From Candidatus Nanoarchaeia archaeon (GTDB lineage Archaea; Nanobdellota; Nanobdellia; SCGC-AAA011-G17; GW2011-AR18): a stretch of 64,000 nt of DNA. The notes under the pieces are model-generated. The model was not told the origin of the DNA. It saw only the letters and a list, made by a program, of their open reading frames with translations, and did no database searches. Shown in pieces: positions 53,845 to 63,525 of the stretch (position 1 is the first letter of the stretch; every line of letters starts with the position of its first letter). A program made the translations under genes and the position numbers. The stretch is taken from positions 10,921 to 74,920 of the forward strand of contig DATDWR010000020.1 in the NCBI GenBank assembly GCA_035289605.1, read 5' to 3'.

Positions 53845-55091
53845 AAATTTTTGTAATTCTTGACGGAATAGGAGACAGGGGATGCAAAGCGCTGGATGGA
53901 CTTACACCTCTAGAAGCTGCAAAAACAAAAAATCTAGACTACTTCTCAAGCAAAGGAAACGGAGGATATGTATACACAGTCCATGAAAGCATTGCACCGG
54001 AAAGCGATGAAGCAATAATGGCACTTTTAGGCTATGACCCTTCAAAGTATTACTATGGAAGAGGGCCACTAGAAGCTTACGGAGCAGGAATGGAATTCAA
54101 AGAAGGATGGCTTGCACTAAGAGCAAATTTTGCAACATTAGAAGGAAAAAAAATAATAGACAGAAGAGCAGGAAGAACATTAACAACAAAGGAAGCAAAA
54201 GAACTAGAAAAAACAATAAATGAAAAAGTAAAATTAGAATACCCATTTGAATTCAAAGCAACAGTTGGCCACAGAGGAATATTAATAATAAAAGAAGGAG
54301 AATTTTCTGAAAACATAAGCAATGTTGATCCTGCATACAAAAAAATAGGCAAATTCGGAGTTGCAGCACAAGGAACAATAAATAATATTGATGCAGCAAG
54401 ACCTCTAGATCCCAACAAAAGAACAAAAACAAGCGCAGACCTAGTTAATGACTTTGTAAAGCAGAGCATGGAAATACTAAGAGACCATCCAGTAAACAAA
54501 CAAAGAAACAAAAAATACCTTCTAAGCGCTAATGCAATACTTCTCAGAGATGCGGGAACAATACTTCCAGAACTACCACAAAAAACAGGATGGGGAGCTG
54601 TAGTAAGCATGCCACTAGAAATAGGAATATCAAAATTGTCAGGGATGAATATAATAAAGTTTGAATATCCTGAAACAACAAGCAAAGGACTAATTAATAA
54701 TTTATACAATGGACTGAATGAAACAATAAAACACAGCAAATCAGCAATAAAAGAAGGCAAATATAAAAAATATTTAATACACTTCAAAGAAACAGACGTG
54801 ATGGGACATGACAACAATCCTGAAGAAAAGAAAAAAATGATAGAACTGATAGACAAAGAGTTCTTCGGATTTTTGAGAGAGATAAATGATACAGAACTTG
54901 TTGTTACTGGAGATCATGCAAGTCCCTGTGAGATAAGAGGACATGCTGCTGATGCAGTGCCTTTATTGCATTTTAATTTAAAAAAAGAAAAGAAAGATAC
55001 TGTGCAAAGGTTCAATGAAAGCGAATGCCAGGACGGATACTACGGGCAGATGTATGGAAAGGACGTGTTAAGCAAGACAGGATTTGATTAG
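53838..55091 (+). CDS. apgM: 2,3-bisphosphoglycerate-independent phosphoglycerate mutase, archaeal type
   Basis: ILDGIGDR N-terminus, VTGDHASP and 417-aa length. Confidence 0.88.
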   Translation: MVKIFVILDGIGDRGCKALDGLTPLEAAKTKNLDYFSSKGNGGYVYTVHESIAPESDEAIMALLGYDPSKYYYGRGPLEAYGAGMEFKEGWLALRANFATLEGKKIIDRRAGRTLTTKEAKELEKTINEKVKLEYPFEFKATVGHRGILIIKEGEFSENISNVDPAYKKIGKFGVAAQGTINNIDAARPLDPNKRTKTSADLVNDFVKQSMEILRDHPVNKQRNKKYLLSANAILLRDAGTILPELPQKTGWGAVVSMPLEIGISKLSGMNIIKFEYPETTSKGLINNLYNGLNETIKHSKSAIKEGKYKKYLIHFKETDVMGHDNNPEEKKKMIELIDKEFFGFLREINDTELVVTGDHASPCEIRGHAADAVPLLHFNLKKEKKDTVQRFNESECQDGYYGQMYGKDVLSKTGFD

Positions 55092-55142
55092 TATACTACA
55101 ATATAAAAAATCTTAAAAATCCTAAAAACTCATCTTGAGCAC

Positions 55143-55754
55143 ATGGAAGAAGAAGGTGTAATAACATTTGACAGCCTTTATGAAGCATTAAGGCTTGAGA
55201 AATACAAGACAGAGCTTCAAAAACTTGACAAAAACTTCTACAAGAAAAGCGTGAAATACCTTGAAGAGAAAAAGGCGATACTAAAAAGCCAAGAGTCCAA
55301 AGACAGCGTATTTGCCAATGAAAGCATAATAAAAACAAAAAGGCAGCTAGAAAACACAAGAATGATAATAAAAGAACTCTATGAAAAAAGAGAGGCCAAA
55401 ATAATAAACATGGCATTATTCAACTCAAGATCAGCAGGAAGCGTCCAAGATACAGAGTCACTGCTTGAAGAAGAAAAAGACATGTACAACACAATTCTGG
55501 GAATTTTTAACAATTTCAGAATCAATGTATTATACAACCTGCTAGAAGGAAAAGGACCACAAAAAGTAAAGGAGACAAACACAACAACAGAAGAAGTAAA
55601 AAGCAACAAACTTGTTAGGTTCACAGAAGCAGTGCCAAAATTTGTAGGTAATGACTTAAACATTTACGGGCCTTATGAGGCAGAAGACGTAGCTAATTTA
55701 CCTGGAAAAGTAGCTGAAATACTGGTTAAAAACAGAAGAGCTGAAGGAATTTAA
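55143..55754 (+). CDS. GINS subunit (Gins51/Gins15-like) candidate
   Basis: The pattern L..L...FY......L ... R..KI...A ... VRFTEAVPKFVGNDLNIYGPYEAEDVANLPGKVAEILVKNRRAE matches my memory of archaeal Gins51. Confidence 0.5.
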   Translation: MEEEGVITFDSLYEALRLEKYKTELQKLDKNFYKKSVKYLEEKKAILKSQESKDSVFANESIIKTKRQLENTRMIIKELYEKREAKIINMALFNSRSAGSVQDTESLLEEEKDMYNTILGIFNNFRINVLYNLLEGKGPQKVKETNTTTEEVKSNKLVRFTEAVPKFVGNDLNIYGPYEAEDVANLPGKVAEILVKNRRAEGI

Positions 55755-56156
55755 TTACGTTAAATTTTTAGACAAATATACTAAAACACTTTTTACTATT
55801 TTATCGAGTTTCTTTTTTATTTCGCTTTTTGTAAAAACCTCTCCAGCTATTTTTTCTTTCCATTCTTCATTTTTAATTTTTAACGCTTCCCTGCCTCTAG
55901 TTTTTTGTTCTTTTTTTAAAACTAAACTTATACTTATATCCAAAGCGAATGAGACATCAGAGAACACAGGATTTAATTTTATGACTATTTTTTTGTTTTT
56001 AGATTCTAGCTCAAAAGGAGGTTCATTACTAAAGATACTAAAATTAAGATTTTTGCCTAACCATTTATCACTGTTTAAATTTTTAACAAATTCAGGCAAT
56101 AACGCTTTTAGGCAGGAGATATATTCACTGTCACTATAATATATATTCTCATCCAT
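55755..56156 (-). CDS. hypothetical protein (shortened from the 251-aa track ORF)
   Basis: The start at MDENIYY (56156) is taken because the upstream part of the track ORF is antisense to rpl44e. Confidence 0.4.
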   Translation of the reverse strand: MDENIYYSDSEYISCLKALLPEFVKNLNSDKWLGKNLNFSIFSNEPPFELESKNKKIVIKLNPVFSDVSFALDISISLVLKKEQKTRGREALKIKNEEWKEKIAGEVFTKSEIKKKLDKIVKSVLVYLSKNLT

Positions 56157-56247
56157 ATTTAAAAAATAAAAATAGAAGTTTTTAAACTTTTTGAAATTGA
56201 AATTTATACTACAAAGATTTATAAATTCTAGACTTTTGCTTGAACTT

Positions 56248-56562
56248 ATGAAGCTACCAAAATCAATGAAAAAATACTGCCCAAAATGCAAGGCAAAAAC
56301 AGAGCATAAAGTATCACAAGTAAAGGCAAAAACTAGAAGCGGGACACACCCATTATCAAAAGGATCAGACTCAAGACTAAGAAAGAAAGGGCAGAAAAGA
56401 GGGGCTGGAAATCTAGGAAGGTACTCAAAGCCACCGATAGCAAGATGGAAAAGAACAGGAGCAAAAACAAGCAAGGTCATAGCACTAAGAATGGAATGCA
56501 CACAATGCAAAAAAAGCTGGCAGACAACGCTTGGAAGATCAAAGAAGGTTGAATTCGTATGA
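56248..56562 (+). CDS. rpl44e: 50S ribosomal protein L44e (eL42)
   Basis: MKLPKSMKKYCPKCKAKTEHKVSQVK...ECTQCKK zinc-ribbon eL42 pattern. Confidence 0.9.
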   Translation: MKLPKSMKKYCPKCKAKTEHKVSQVKAKTRSGTHPLSKGSDSRLRKKGQKRGAGNLGRYSKPPIARWKRTGAKTSKVIALRMECTQCKKSWQTTLGRSKKVEFV

Positions 56563-56747
56563 AAGCAAAAAAAGAAACAAAAACAAAATTCGTGAAAGTG
56601 AGATGCAACAAATGCAAAAACGAGCAGAACATTTATAGTGCTGTAACTACAAAAACAGTATGCCTAGTCTGCGAAGAAGTGCTTGCAGAGCCTACAGGCG
56701 GAAAAAGCAGAATACACGCAAAACAGCTGGAAATTTTATCTTCCTAA
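56559..56747 (+). CDS. rps27e: 30S ribosomal protein S27e
   Basis: FVKVRCNKCKNEQNIYSAVTTKTVCLVCEEVLAEPTGGK. Confidence 0.9.
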   Translation: MKAKKETKTKFVKVRCNKCKNEQNIYSAVTTKTVCLVCEEVLAEPTGGKSRIHAKQLEILSS

Positions 56748-56783
56748 CCTGAATATTCTCTTTCTGCTAACTTCTGCTCTAGT

Positions 56784-57182
56784 TCAGATTTTGTGGTACT
56801 TCAAATTATTAATTATTGTAAATGCCCTGTAAACCTGCTCCATAACTATCAGTCTAGCCAATTCATGAGTAAAGGTCATTCTTGATATAGAAACAACCAT
56901 ATTAGCTTTTTTCTTCAATTCCTCATTTAATCCTTTTTCATCGCCTAATATTATTATAATATTCTTATTAACATGCTTAAATGTTGCTGCAAGCTCTTCG
57001 CTAGAAAGCATTTTTCCATTAACATCAAAAACAATCACAAATTCATCCTTAAAATCAAAGTTCAAGTTTTTAACTTCTACAATCTCAATTTTTGTGAATC
57101 TTCTAAGTCTTTTAAAATACTCTTCTATCCCTAAAAAAATAAATCTCTCCCTGGTCTTTCCTAAAAATAGAATCTTAATCAT
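56784..57182 (-). CDS. rlmH: RlmH-like SPOUT rRNA (pseudouridine) methyltransferase
   Basis: The C-terminal ILGDEKGL...ISRMTFTHELARLIVMEQVYRAFTIINNLKYH matches the RlmH family signature. Confidence 0.75.
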   Translation of the reverse strand: MIKILFLGKTRERFIFLGIEEYFKRLRRFTKIEIVEVKNLNFDFKDEFVIVFDVNGKMLSSEELAATFKHVNKNIIIILGDEKGLNEELKKKANMVVSISRMTFTHELARLIVMEQVYRAFTIINNLKYHKI

Positions 57183-57379
57183 CTTCTACAATAATTTATT
57201 ATCCTACTAAAAGCATTTAGTATATAACCAACATAATTATCTAATGCTGATAATGCCTTTAAGTCATTCTGACACATGCCACAATCAAGATCTTCTTCAT
57301 GAGATTCTCTAGCTGTTTTAATTAATGAATTAGATCTATCATCTACAATTCCAAATTTAGACTCTATTCCTTGTTCCAT
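57179..57379 (-). CDS. hypothetical small protein
   Basis: 66-aa ORF whose stop overlaps the rlmH-like start. Confidence 0.3.
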   Translation of the reverse strand: MEQGIESKFGIVDDRSNSLIKTARESHEEDLDCGMCQNDLKALSALDNYVGYILNAFSRIINYCRR

Positions 57380-57431
57380 AAGATAAAAAGCCTTGGTAAA
57401 CTATATAAACATTACCAGTTCTCTGCTAAGC

Positions 57432-58205
57432 ATGTTCTACAAGAAGAAAGGAAAACCAGAAGAAGGAGAAATATTAATCTGCACAGTAAAAAGAATACTT
57501 CCACATGCAGTATTTGCAAATATTGATGAATATGAGCATGCTGAAGGAATGATACACATCTCAGAAATAGCACCAGGAAGAATAAGAAACCTAAGGGACT
57601 ATGTAATTGAAGGAAAAAGAATAGTCTGCAAAGTAATAAATGTAAACAAACAAGGAAACATAGACCTTTCATTAAGAAGAGTTCCCACATCATTAATGGT
57701 AAGCAAATTAAATTACTACAAACAAGAAGAAAAAGCAGAAAAATTAGTAGAACAAATAGGAAAAGAAGCAAGCTATGATATAAAAAAATTCTATGAAGAA
57801 ATAGGCTATAAAATAATAGAAAAACATGGAAGTCTGTACGAATTCTTCAATGAAGTAGTAAGAAAAGGCAAGGCTATTGTAGACGAGCTAAAACCTAGCC
57901 AAAAATTTGGAGATGCACTATTCAAAACCATAAAGGAAAAAATAAAGCTTCCAGAAGTAACACTCAGCTATGAACTAGTATTGAAGACATACAAAGAAGA
58001 CGGAATAGAAAACATAAAGCAAATACTAACAGAAGCAGAAAAAGAAGGCACAAGCATAATATACCTAGGAGCGCCAAAATACAAAGTGTACATAAAATCA
58101 AGCGATTACAAAAAAGCTGAAACAACACTCAACAGAATAATACAAAAAATAGAAGAATCTGCAAAAAAATTAGGATGCGAGTTCTCGTACAGCAAAAGTG
58201 GTTGA
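57432..58205 (+). CDS. eif2a: translation initiation factor aIF2 alpha
   Basis: S1 domain EGEILICTVKRILPHAVFANIDEYEHAEGMIHISEIAPGRIRNLRDYV. The ATG at 57432 is preferred over the TTG at 57393. Confidence 0.9.
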   Translation: MFYKKKGKPEEGEILICTVKRILPHAVFANIDEYEHAEGMIHISEIAPGRIRNLRDYVIEGKRIVCKVINVNKQGNIDLSLRRVPTSLMVSKLNYYKQEEKAEKLVEQIGKEASYDIKKFYEEIGYKIIEKHGSLYEFFNEVVRKGKAIVDELKPSQKFGDALFKTIKEKIKLPEVTLSYELVLKTYKEDGIENIKQILTEAEKEGTSIIYLGAPKYKVYIKSSDYKKAETTLNRIIQKIEESAKKLGCEFSYSKSG

Positions 58206-58362
58206 ACAAATACTAAGATGCAACAAGTGCGGGAAGTACAGCCTTAAAAAAATCTGCGAGTGCGGAGGAGAGTTTATAAACCCTAAACCAGCTAAATACA
58301 GCAAAGAAGACAAATATGCAAAATATAGGCTAGAATATAAAAGAAAAAGCCAAAATATTTAA
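58198..58362 (+). CDS. nop10: H/ACA RNP protein Nop10
   Basis: Own translation from the GTG overlapping the aIF2-alpha stop: VVEQILRCNKCGKYSLKKICECGGEFINPKPAKYSKEDKYAKYRLEYKRK. It is not in the ORF track. Confidence 0.8.
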   Translation: MVEQILRCNKCGKYSLKKICECGGEFINPKPAKYSKEDKYAKYRLEYKRKSQNI

Positions 58363-58384
58363 ACTTAAAAATTAATATAAGTGC

Positions 58385-59158
58385 ATGGAAAAGGTCTGGA
58401 ACATTAAAAAGCTAAAAAATATAAAATTCAACAAGCCTGTATTAGTTGAAGGATTGCCTGGAATAGGCAATGTAGGCAAAATAGCAGTAGACTTCATAAT
58501 AGAAACGCTTGGAGCAAAAAAAATATATGAAATATATTCTGACACATTTCCAAACTGCGTATTTGTGAATGAAAAAGGAGTTGCAGAACTTCCAAGAGTT
58601 GAAGTATACCATAAAAAACTAAAAGAAAACGACCTATTACTAGTATCTGGAGATGCACAGCCCATAGATGAAAGAGGATGCTATGACTTCTGCGACAAAT
58701 TGTTAGAATTGTTCCAAAATAACAAAGGAAAAGAAATTATATCATTGGGAGGGCTTGGGATGAAGGATGTACCAAAAAGCCCTAGAATATACTGCGCAGG
58801 GACAGACAAAGAAATACTACAAAAATACAAAACTCAAGGCGTGAACAATTCTGCAGGAATGGTAGGACCAATAGTAGGCGTAAGTGGATTGCTGATAGGG
58901 CTTGCAAGAAAAAGAGGACTGAAAGGAGCAACATTACTTGTTGAGACATTGGGGCATCCTACATATTTGGGAATAAAAGAAGCAAGAGAGCTGCTAAAAG
59001 TAGTAAACAAGACACTTAAACTCGGGCTTGACATGAACAGCCTGAACCAAGAAGTAAAGATAATAGAAAAGGAAATAAAAGAAAGAATAGAAAAATCTGT
59101 AGCAATAAAAGAAGACAAGCGAAAAGCTAAGAAAGAAACACTGAACTATATAGGCTAA
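58385..59158 (+). CDS. PAC2-family proteasome assembly chaperone-like protein
   Basis: PVLVEGLPGIGNVGKIA motif, with the conserved position after aIF2-alpha and Nop10. Confidence 0.7.
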   Translation: MEKVWNIKKLKNIKFNKPVLVEGLPGIGNVGKIAVDFIIETLGAKKIYEIYSDTFPNCVFVNEKGVAELPRVEVYHKKLKENDLLLVSGDAQPIDERGCYDFCDKLLELFQNNKGKEIISLGGLGMKDVPKSPRIYCAGTDKEILQKYKTQGVNNSAGMVGPIVGVSGLLIGLARKRGLKGATLLVETLGHPTYLGIKEARELLKVVNKTLKLGLDMNSLNQEVKIIEKEIKERIEKSVAIKEDKRKAKKETLNYIG

Positions 59159-60384
59159 AAATCTGCAATTGATTTTTGTTTTACTATCTTTTCAGAATCA
59201 TTAATTATTATCTTTCCGTAAACACCATCAAAACCAGGCTCAATTTTTAATTTATTATTTCTGTTTAATAATATAAGGTTAGCTAATTTTTCATCAACAA
59301 CAGTTTTAAGCTTGTCAAACGAAGCCTCAAGCAAGATATTATACTCGTTGCCGAACACTTTGACAAGTTTTTCATAAACATCAGAAACCTTCCTAGAATG
59401 CAACTGCTTAATATTATAAATTGAACATATCAGCTCATGCAAAGGCAGAACTTCTACATAATAAGGAGTATTCTTAGGCTCCTTACGGTCAGCTAATTCT
59501 TCTATTCTATACTCTACACCAATTGTTAACTCTTTTTGGCATACAGGGCAGATCTTATTTAATTTTTTACTTTGTTCAAAATTCATGAAGACATTGCAGT
59601 TTCTATGACCATCAATATGATACTTTCCATATTCTGGATTTACCTCTATAGTTCCTTTCAAACCTTCACCAGTTCTTATTGCATTTAAAATTGATTTATA
59701 TTTTAATTCACAGTCAAAAATTGTTGCTTCTCTGCCGAGCCTTGAAGGATGAGAAGAATGAGGATCTGAAAATGAAACTAAATTATATTTATCCAAACTG
59801 GAAACCCTCCTGTTCATAGTAGGATCTGAAGAAATTCCTGTTTCTAAAGCATGAATATATCTAGAGCGATCTTCAAAACATTCCTCAACAGAGTTGAAAC
59901 CAGACTTGCTTCCAAAAATAGACATCCATGCCGTCCACGCATGTGCGGGAATTATTTCTATATCATGAGAAACAGAACGCATCATATCTACAAACTCAAT
60001 GCTATTAATACCAAAAATAGGCCTACCATCATAGTCTAATCTTCCTCTTTTTAACAATAGATCAATAACTTGAGACACAACTTCTTTGTTTGGAAACAAC
60101 AAAACATGATGAATCCTTCTGCCTTTTCCATTATGAGTATACATCAACGATATTTCAGCCTGCCAAATAAAAGGAAACTTATTTTTAGACCATAAAATGC
60201 CATTTTCGTCCTCTGTTAATTCAGTTCTTATCAAGGAATTCCACTTGGGGTGCAGACAATCACCTGTACCTATTATATTCAATCCTTTTATTTTAGCGTT
60301 GTCTTCTAATAATTTTAAAGTTGTGTTCTTGCTGCATGCCTGAGCATAACAACCATGTATGTGGAAGTCTCCTATTAATTTCAT
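59155..60384 (-). CDS. PHP-domain endonuclease Q (EndoQ)-like protein
   Basis: GDFHIHGCYAQACS N-terminal PHP metal site, later H/D motifs and the Zn finger CPVCQKELTIGVEYRIEELA. Confidence 0.65.
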   Translation of the reverse strand: MKLIGDFHIHGCYAQACSKNTTLKLLEDNAKIKGLNIIGTGDCLHPKWNSLIRTELTEDENGILWSKNKFPFIWQAEISLMYTHNGKGRRIHHVLLFPNKEVVSQVIDLLLKRGRLDYDGRPIFGINSIEFVDMMRSVSHDIEIIPAHAWTAWMSIFGSKSGFNSVEECFEDRSRYIHALETGISSDPTMNRRVSSLDKYNLVSFSDPHSSHPSRLGREATIFDCELKYKSILNAIRTGEGLKGTIEVNPEYGKYHIDGHRNCNVFMNFEQSKKLNKICPVCQKELTIGVEYRIEELADRKEPKNTPYYVEVLPLHELICSIYNIKQLHSRKVSDVYEKLVKVFGNEYNILLEASFDKLKTVVDEKLANLILLNRNNKLKIEPGFDGVYGKIIINDSEKIVKQKSIADF

Positions 60385-60510
60385 AAAAATAAAAATTCTT
60401 AGTTATTTATAATATTTGTTAATTTAAGACTCTAACTTCTCTGCAAAAATTGAAAATCTTTCGAATAATTTTAGATAAGATTAATAAACTTTAACTGATG
60501 TTAATTTTGT

Positions 60511-60681
60511 ATGAAAAGATCAGCAAAAAATATATTACTTGCAGCAGGAGTTTTATCATCTATTCTTGGTATTACATTTGCAATTCCATCTTTCATAAAA
60601 GAAATATACAGCGTTGCAATAATTTCTACAATATTCATAATTGGAGGAATGATTATAATAGCTTTTTCCTTGGGAGAATAA
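60511..60681 (+). CDS. 56-aa 2-TM peptide, paralog of 37731-37898
   Basis: Own translation: MKRSAKNILLAAGVLSSILGITFAIPSFIKEIYSVAIISTIFIIGGMIIIAFSLGE. Confidence 0.45.
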   Translation: MKRSAKNILLAAGVLSSILGITFAIPSFIKEIYSVAIISTIFIIGGMIIIAFSLGE

Positions 60682-60716
60682 ATGAAAACCAACCTACTAA
60701 ATAAGAAAAGAACATT

Positions 60717-60953
60717 TTGGACTTAGAGTATAATAAAAACTTACAATATTTCAATACCTGCATAATTATAATGTTTACATATTTCATTGCAGTAATTGTT
60801 GCTTTTATTACAAAACAAATAGATTACACAAGTTTGAAAGAATTTAGCATTGTTGGAATAATCTCTTCATTATTTTTAATTATTTGCATTACCTTACTTA
60901 GAGAATTCAAATTAAAACAAAAAAATATTTTAGAAGATATAAAAAGAATATAG
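60717..60953 (+). CDS. 2-TM membrane protein, paralog of 37460-37729
   Basis: See the paralog entry; shares the NK.LQYFNTCII..FTYFI core. Confidence 0.5.
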   Translation: MDLEYNKNLQYFNTCIIIMFTYFIAVIVAFITKQIDYTSLKEFSIVGIISSLFLIICITLLREFKLKQKNILEDIKRI

Positions 60954-61005
60954 AATATAATGTATATTCGCAAGATTTATATACAAGTTTTACTTGTTTT
61001 ACTTT

Positions 61006-61245
61006 ATGGCAAAAACACAAATAACTGTAAAGGAAGTTGAAGAAAAAACATTTCAAGAATTGAAAGCAGAAGCAGTAAGAAGGAAATTAACAGTTGGCAC
61101 AGCATTGACCCTAGCTATTGAAAACTGGCTGTCCTCCTTAAAAAAACCAAAAGAAAGCCTACTAAAGTGGAAACCTACAAATTGGGGTCCAGGAACAGAG
61201 AGATTGAGTGAACAGGTAGATGAAGTATTATATGGTGATGATTAA
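61006..61245 (+). CDS. antitoxin (RHH/VapB-like)
   Basis: MAKTQITVKEVEEKTFQELKAEAVRRKLTVGTALTLAIENWL. Its stop overlaps the PIN gene start. Confidence 0.6.
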   Translation: MAKTQITVKEVEEKTFQELKAEAVRRKLTVGTALTLAIENWLSSLKKPKESLLKWKPTNWGPGTERLSEQVDEVLYGDD

Positions 61246-61646
61246 TGCCTATTTTTTTAGACGCTTCTTTTATTTTAGCTTTCGATAATGAAGCAGATAT
61301 TCATCACAAAAAGACGTTTCCTTTATGGATTAAAATAGCGAATGAAGAATATGGTCAATATTTTATATCAGATTATGTATTCGATGAAATAGCAGGTGTT
61401 TCTATGAGGAAAATAGGAAAAGAAAAAACCATTGAACTTTGCAGTAAAATAATAAAGGGCATTCCAATAATAAATATCGACCAGCATATGTTTGACGAAT
61501 CCTGGAAAATATTTAAAGAAACTAAACTAAATTTAAGCTTTACAGAATGCACAAGCTTAGCGCTACTTAAACTAATTAATACTAATAGAATAGCAACTTT
61601 TGACAAGGCTTTTGAAAAAATAGACGGAATCGAAGTTTTAAATTAA
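61245..61646 (+). CDS. vapC: PIN-domain toxin (VapC)
   Basis: IFLDASFILAFDNEADIHH ... SDYVFDEI ... SFTECTSLAL ... IATFDKAF. Confidence 0.8.
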   Translation: MPIFLDASFILAFDNEADIHHKKTFPLWIKIANEEYGQYFISDYVFDEIAGVSMRKIGKEKTIELCSKIIKGIPIINIDQHMFDESWKIFKETKLNLSFTECTSLALLKLINTNRIATFDKAFEKIDGIEVLN

Positions 61647-61657
61647 TTATAAAAAAA

Positions 61658-62605
61658 TTAACTTACAGCATTCTTAATCTTCAACTGTGTAGAAACTCCA
61701 TCCTTGTAAACATAATCAAAAGCAACCCTCAAAGGAGTTTCAAATGCTGAATCCTGCATTCCAGAAGTATCAACAGTACAAGACAAAGAAACCTTATTCT
61801 GAATAACACTTAAAGTACCTTCATTTCCATCCAAACTGCTGCACTTAATTATATTAGCACTATTAGGAAATTCCGTAAGCTCAACCTTAACATTAACCTT
61901 ATTTTTCAACTTGTCATCATCAACACACTTACCTTTGGACAAGAAGTCTCTAATATACAAAGTTCCCTTACCCTGGTTAAGCGCTTCCAAGAAAACAGAA
62001 ACCTTATTCTCTCCAGCAGGCCTCTGAGCAAAACTAGTAACTTGGAAAGGCGCACCAGAATTCTCCTGAAGCTTAGTCTCATCAATCTTGCAAACAGTAG
62101 ATAAAGGACCTGTAACTTTTTTTCTTAAGCATAAATCCTTAACCCTGGAAATTGTCTGATATTTATAACAAACATTAGCAGCAATATCAAGACTACGATC
62201 AGCATCCTCATCAGGCTTGTAACGAGCCTCATACTGAATAATATTCTGAGAAGCAGAAGTAACTTTATCAGCTTCCTTCCTTAACTTTTCAAGAGGAACT
62301 TCATTAAGCTTTGTAGGATTAGCTATCTGAAATGCATTATAGTTAATTCCATCAAGAGTAACCATTGCCTCACTTTCCTTTACAGCATACTCACCTTTAT
62401 TTTCAAGTGTAACATCAATGTTAAATGTCTCAAGGTCATTATCAAGAATAGTATTTGCACTGCTAGAAGATTCAACAGCAATCTTAGAAACAACGCCTTC
62501 CTTTCCGCCAATAAATCCAGAAGGAGGAGCTTTACCACTACCTCCCTTACATGCTGAAAGCAAAACTAGTGATAATAAAATAAGCAATAACACCTTTTTA
62601 TTCAT
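61658..62605 (-). CDS. secreted lipobox-type protein (paralog A)
   Basis: The signal ends LLSAC followed by a Gly/Ser linker; 315 aa; conserved Cys pairs. Confidence 0.6.
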   Translation of the reverse strand: MNKKVLLLILLSLVLLSACKGGSGKAPPSGFIGGKEGVVSKIAVESSSSANTILDNDLETFNIDVTLENKGEYAVKESEAMVTLDGINYNAFQIANPTKLNEVPLEKLRKEADKVTSASQNIIQYEARYKPDEDADRSLDIAANVCYKYQTISRVKDLCLRKKVTGPLSTVCKIDETKLQENSGAPFQVTSFAQRPAGENKVSVFLEALNQGKGTLYIRDFLSKGKCVDDDKLKNKVNVKVELTEFPNSANIIKCSSLDGNEGTLSVIQNKVSLSCTVDTSGMQDSAFETPLRVAFDYVYKDGVSTQLKIKNAVS

Positions 62606-63525
62606 GCTACCAATACACCTTCCTCACTTTTTATCAAGTCAACATCAGTGCCAACAACAGACTGAATGAAACCATATCCAATCTTTACTATTACAGGCAC
62701 ATTAACTTGCTCCTGATTAGATAAGTCTATAGACACAGCGCACTTAATAACCTTTTCGTTTTCATTAGGCCTGAATGAGACAATTCCCCGAGGAGCACCA
62801 ATGCACTGCGCATCTCTTTGGTTTGCTAGAACTTGCAAGCTAATATCTGCAGAACCTTGAGAAGACTGAAGAACATTTCCCCTGCCAACTAGCTGACCAT
62901 CTTTAGATTTTGTTAAAACTAATTCAAGATTAAGCCTTATAGAACTGTCACCAGAACGAGAAGGAGTAGATGTCAGTCTAGAAATTTTTAGGGGCATATT
63001 AGGCTGCTGAACAGCAAGATTTTGTTTAGTGCCGCATTCCTTAGAAATATACGGAGCTGTAGATCCCGGCCTTTTCAAACAAGCAAATGCACCAGCAGTA
63101 GTCTCTACCTCGTACTTAAAGTCACCAATTATAGGAATATTCTCATACCTAATCTGATCCAATCTCTGATAAGGAAATATTTGGCTGTCCCTGGGAAAAT
63201 TCATCTCATGAAAGTAAGGAGATATTTTGCCCTTGCTGTCAACACTTGCAGGAGCAAGATTAACATCAACACATGCACGATCTGGAATTCCGCCATAGGT
63301 TTCAGTAAGAGTATCTCTCAGACAAAACAAGCCATGAACATCATTGGAAAGCGAATTTGACAACAAGACAGTTACTGAAAATTGTTCACCTTCATAAAGT
63401 TCACTAGGTGGTAACTCTGTAAACTTGATGTCAATGCCGCCAGATGAAGAGCCTGATGGACCTTTAGAACAAGCAAACAAAATAATTACTAAAAATAATA
63501 TAATCACTAGATTTCTTGATTTCAT
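62602..63525 (-). CDS. secreted lipobox-type protein (paralog B)
   Basis: The signal ends ILFAC followed by a Gly/Ser linker; 307 aa. It has a 4-nt overlap with paralog A. Confidence 0.6.
   Translation of the reverse strand: MKSRNLVIILFLVIILFACSKGPSGSSSGGIDIKFTELPPSELYEGEQFSVTVLLSNSLSNDVHGLFCLRDTLTETYGGIPDRACVDVNLAPASVDSKGKISPYFHEMNFPRDSQIFPYQRLDQIRYENIPIIGDFKYEVETTAGAFACLKRPGSTAPYISKECGTKQNLAVQQPNMPLKISRLTSTPSRSGDSSIRLNLELVLTKSKDGQLVGRGNVLQSSQGSADISLQVLANQRDAQCIGAPRGIVSFRPNENEKVIKCAVSIDLSNQEQVNVPVIVKIGYGFIQSVVGTDVDLIKSEEGVLVA

Noticed and set aside
54077-54856. 259-aa minus-strand ORF
   Set aside because: It is entirely antisense to the clearly recognisable apgM gene, with Ser/Leu/Phe-rich composition and no motifs.
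56157-56510. N-terminal 118 aa of the 251-aa minus-strand ORF
   Set aside because: It is antisense to rpl44e and Cys/Phe/Leu-rich. Only the part from MDENIYY (56156) downward is kept as a possible gene.
57412-57771. 119-aa minus-strand ORF
   Set aside because: It is antisense to the S1 domain of aIF2-alpha and is Leu/Phe-rich.
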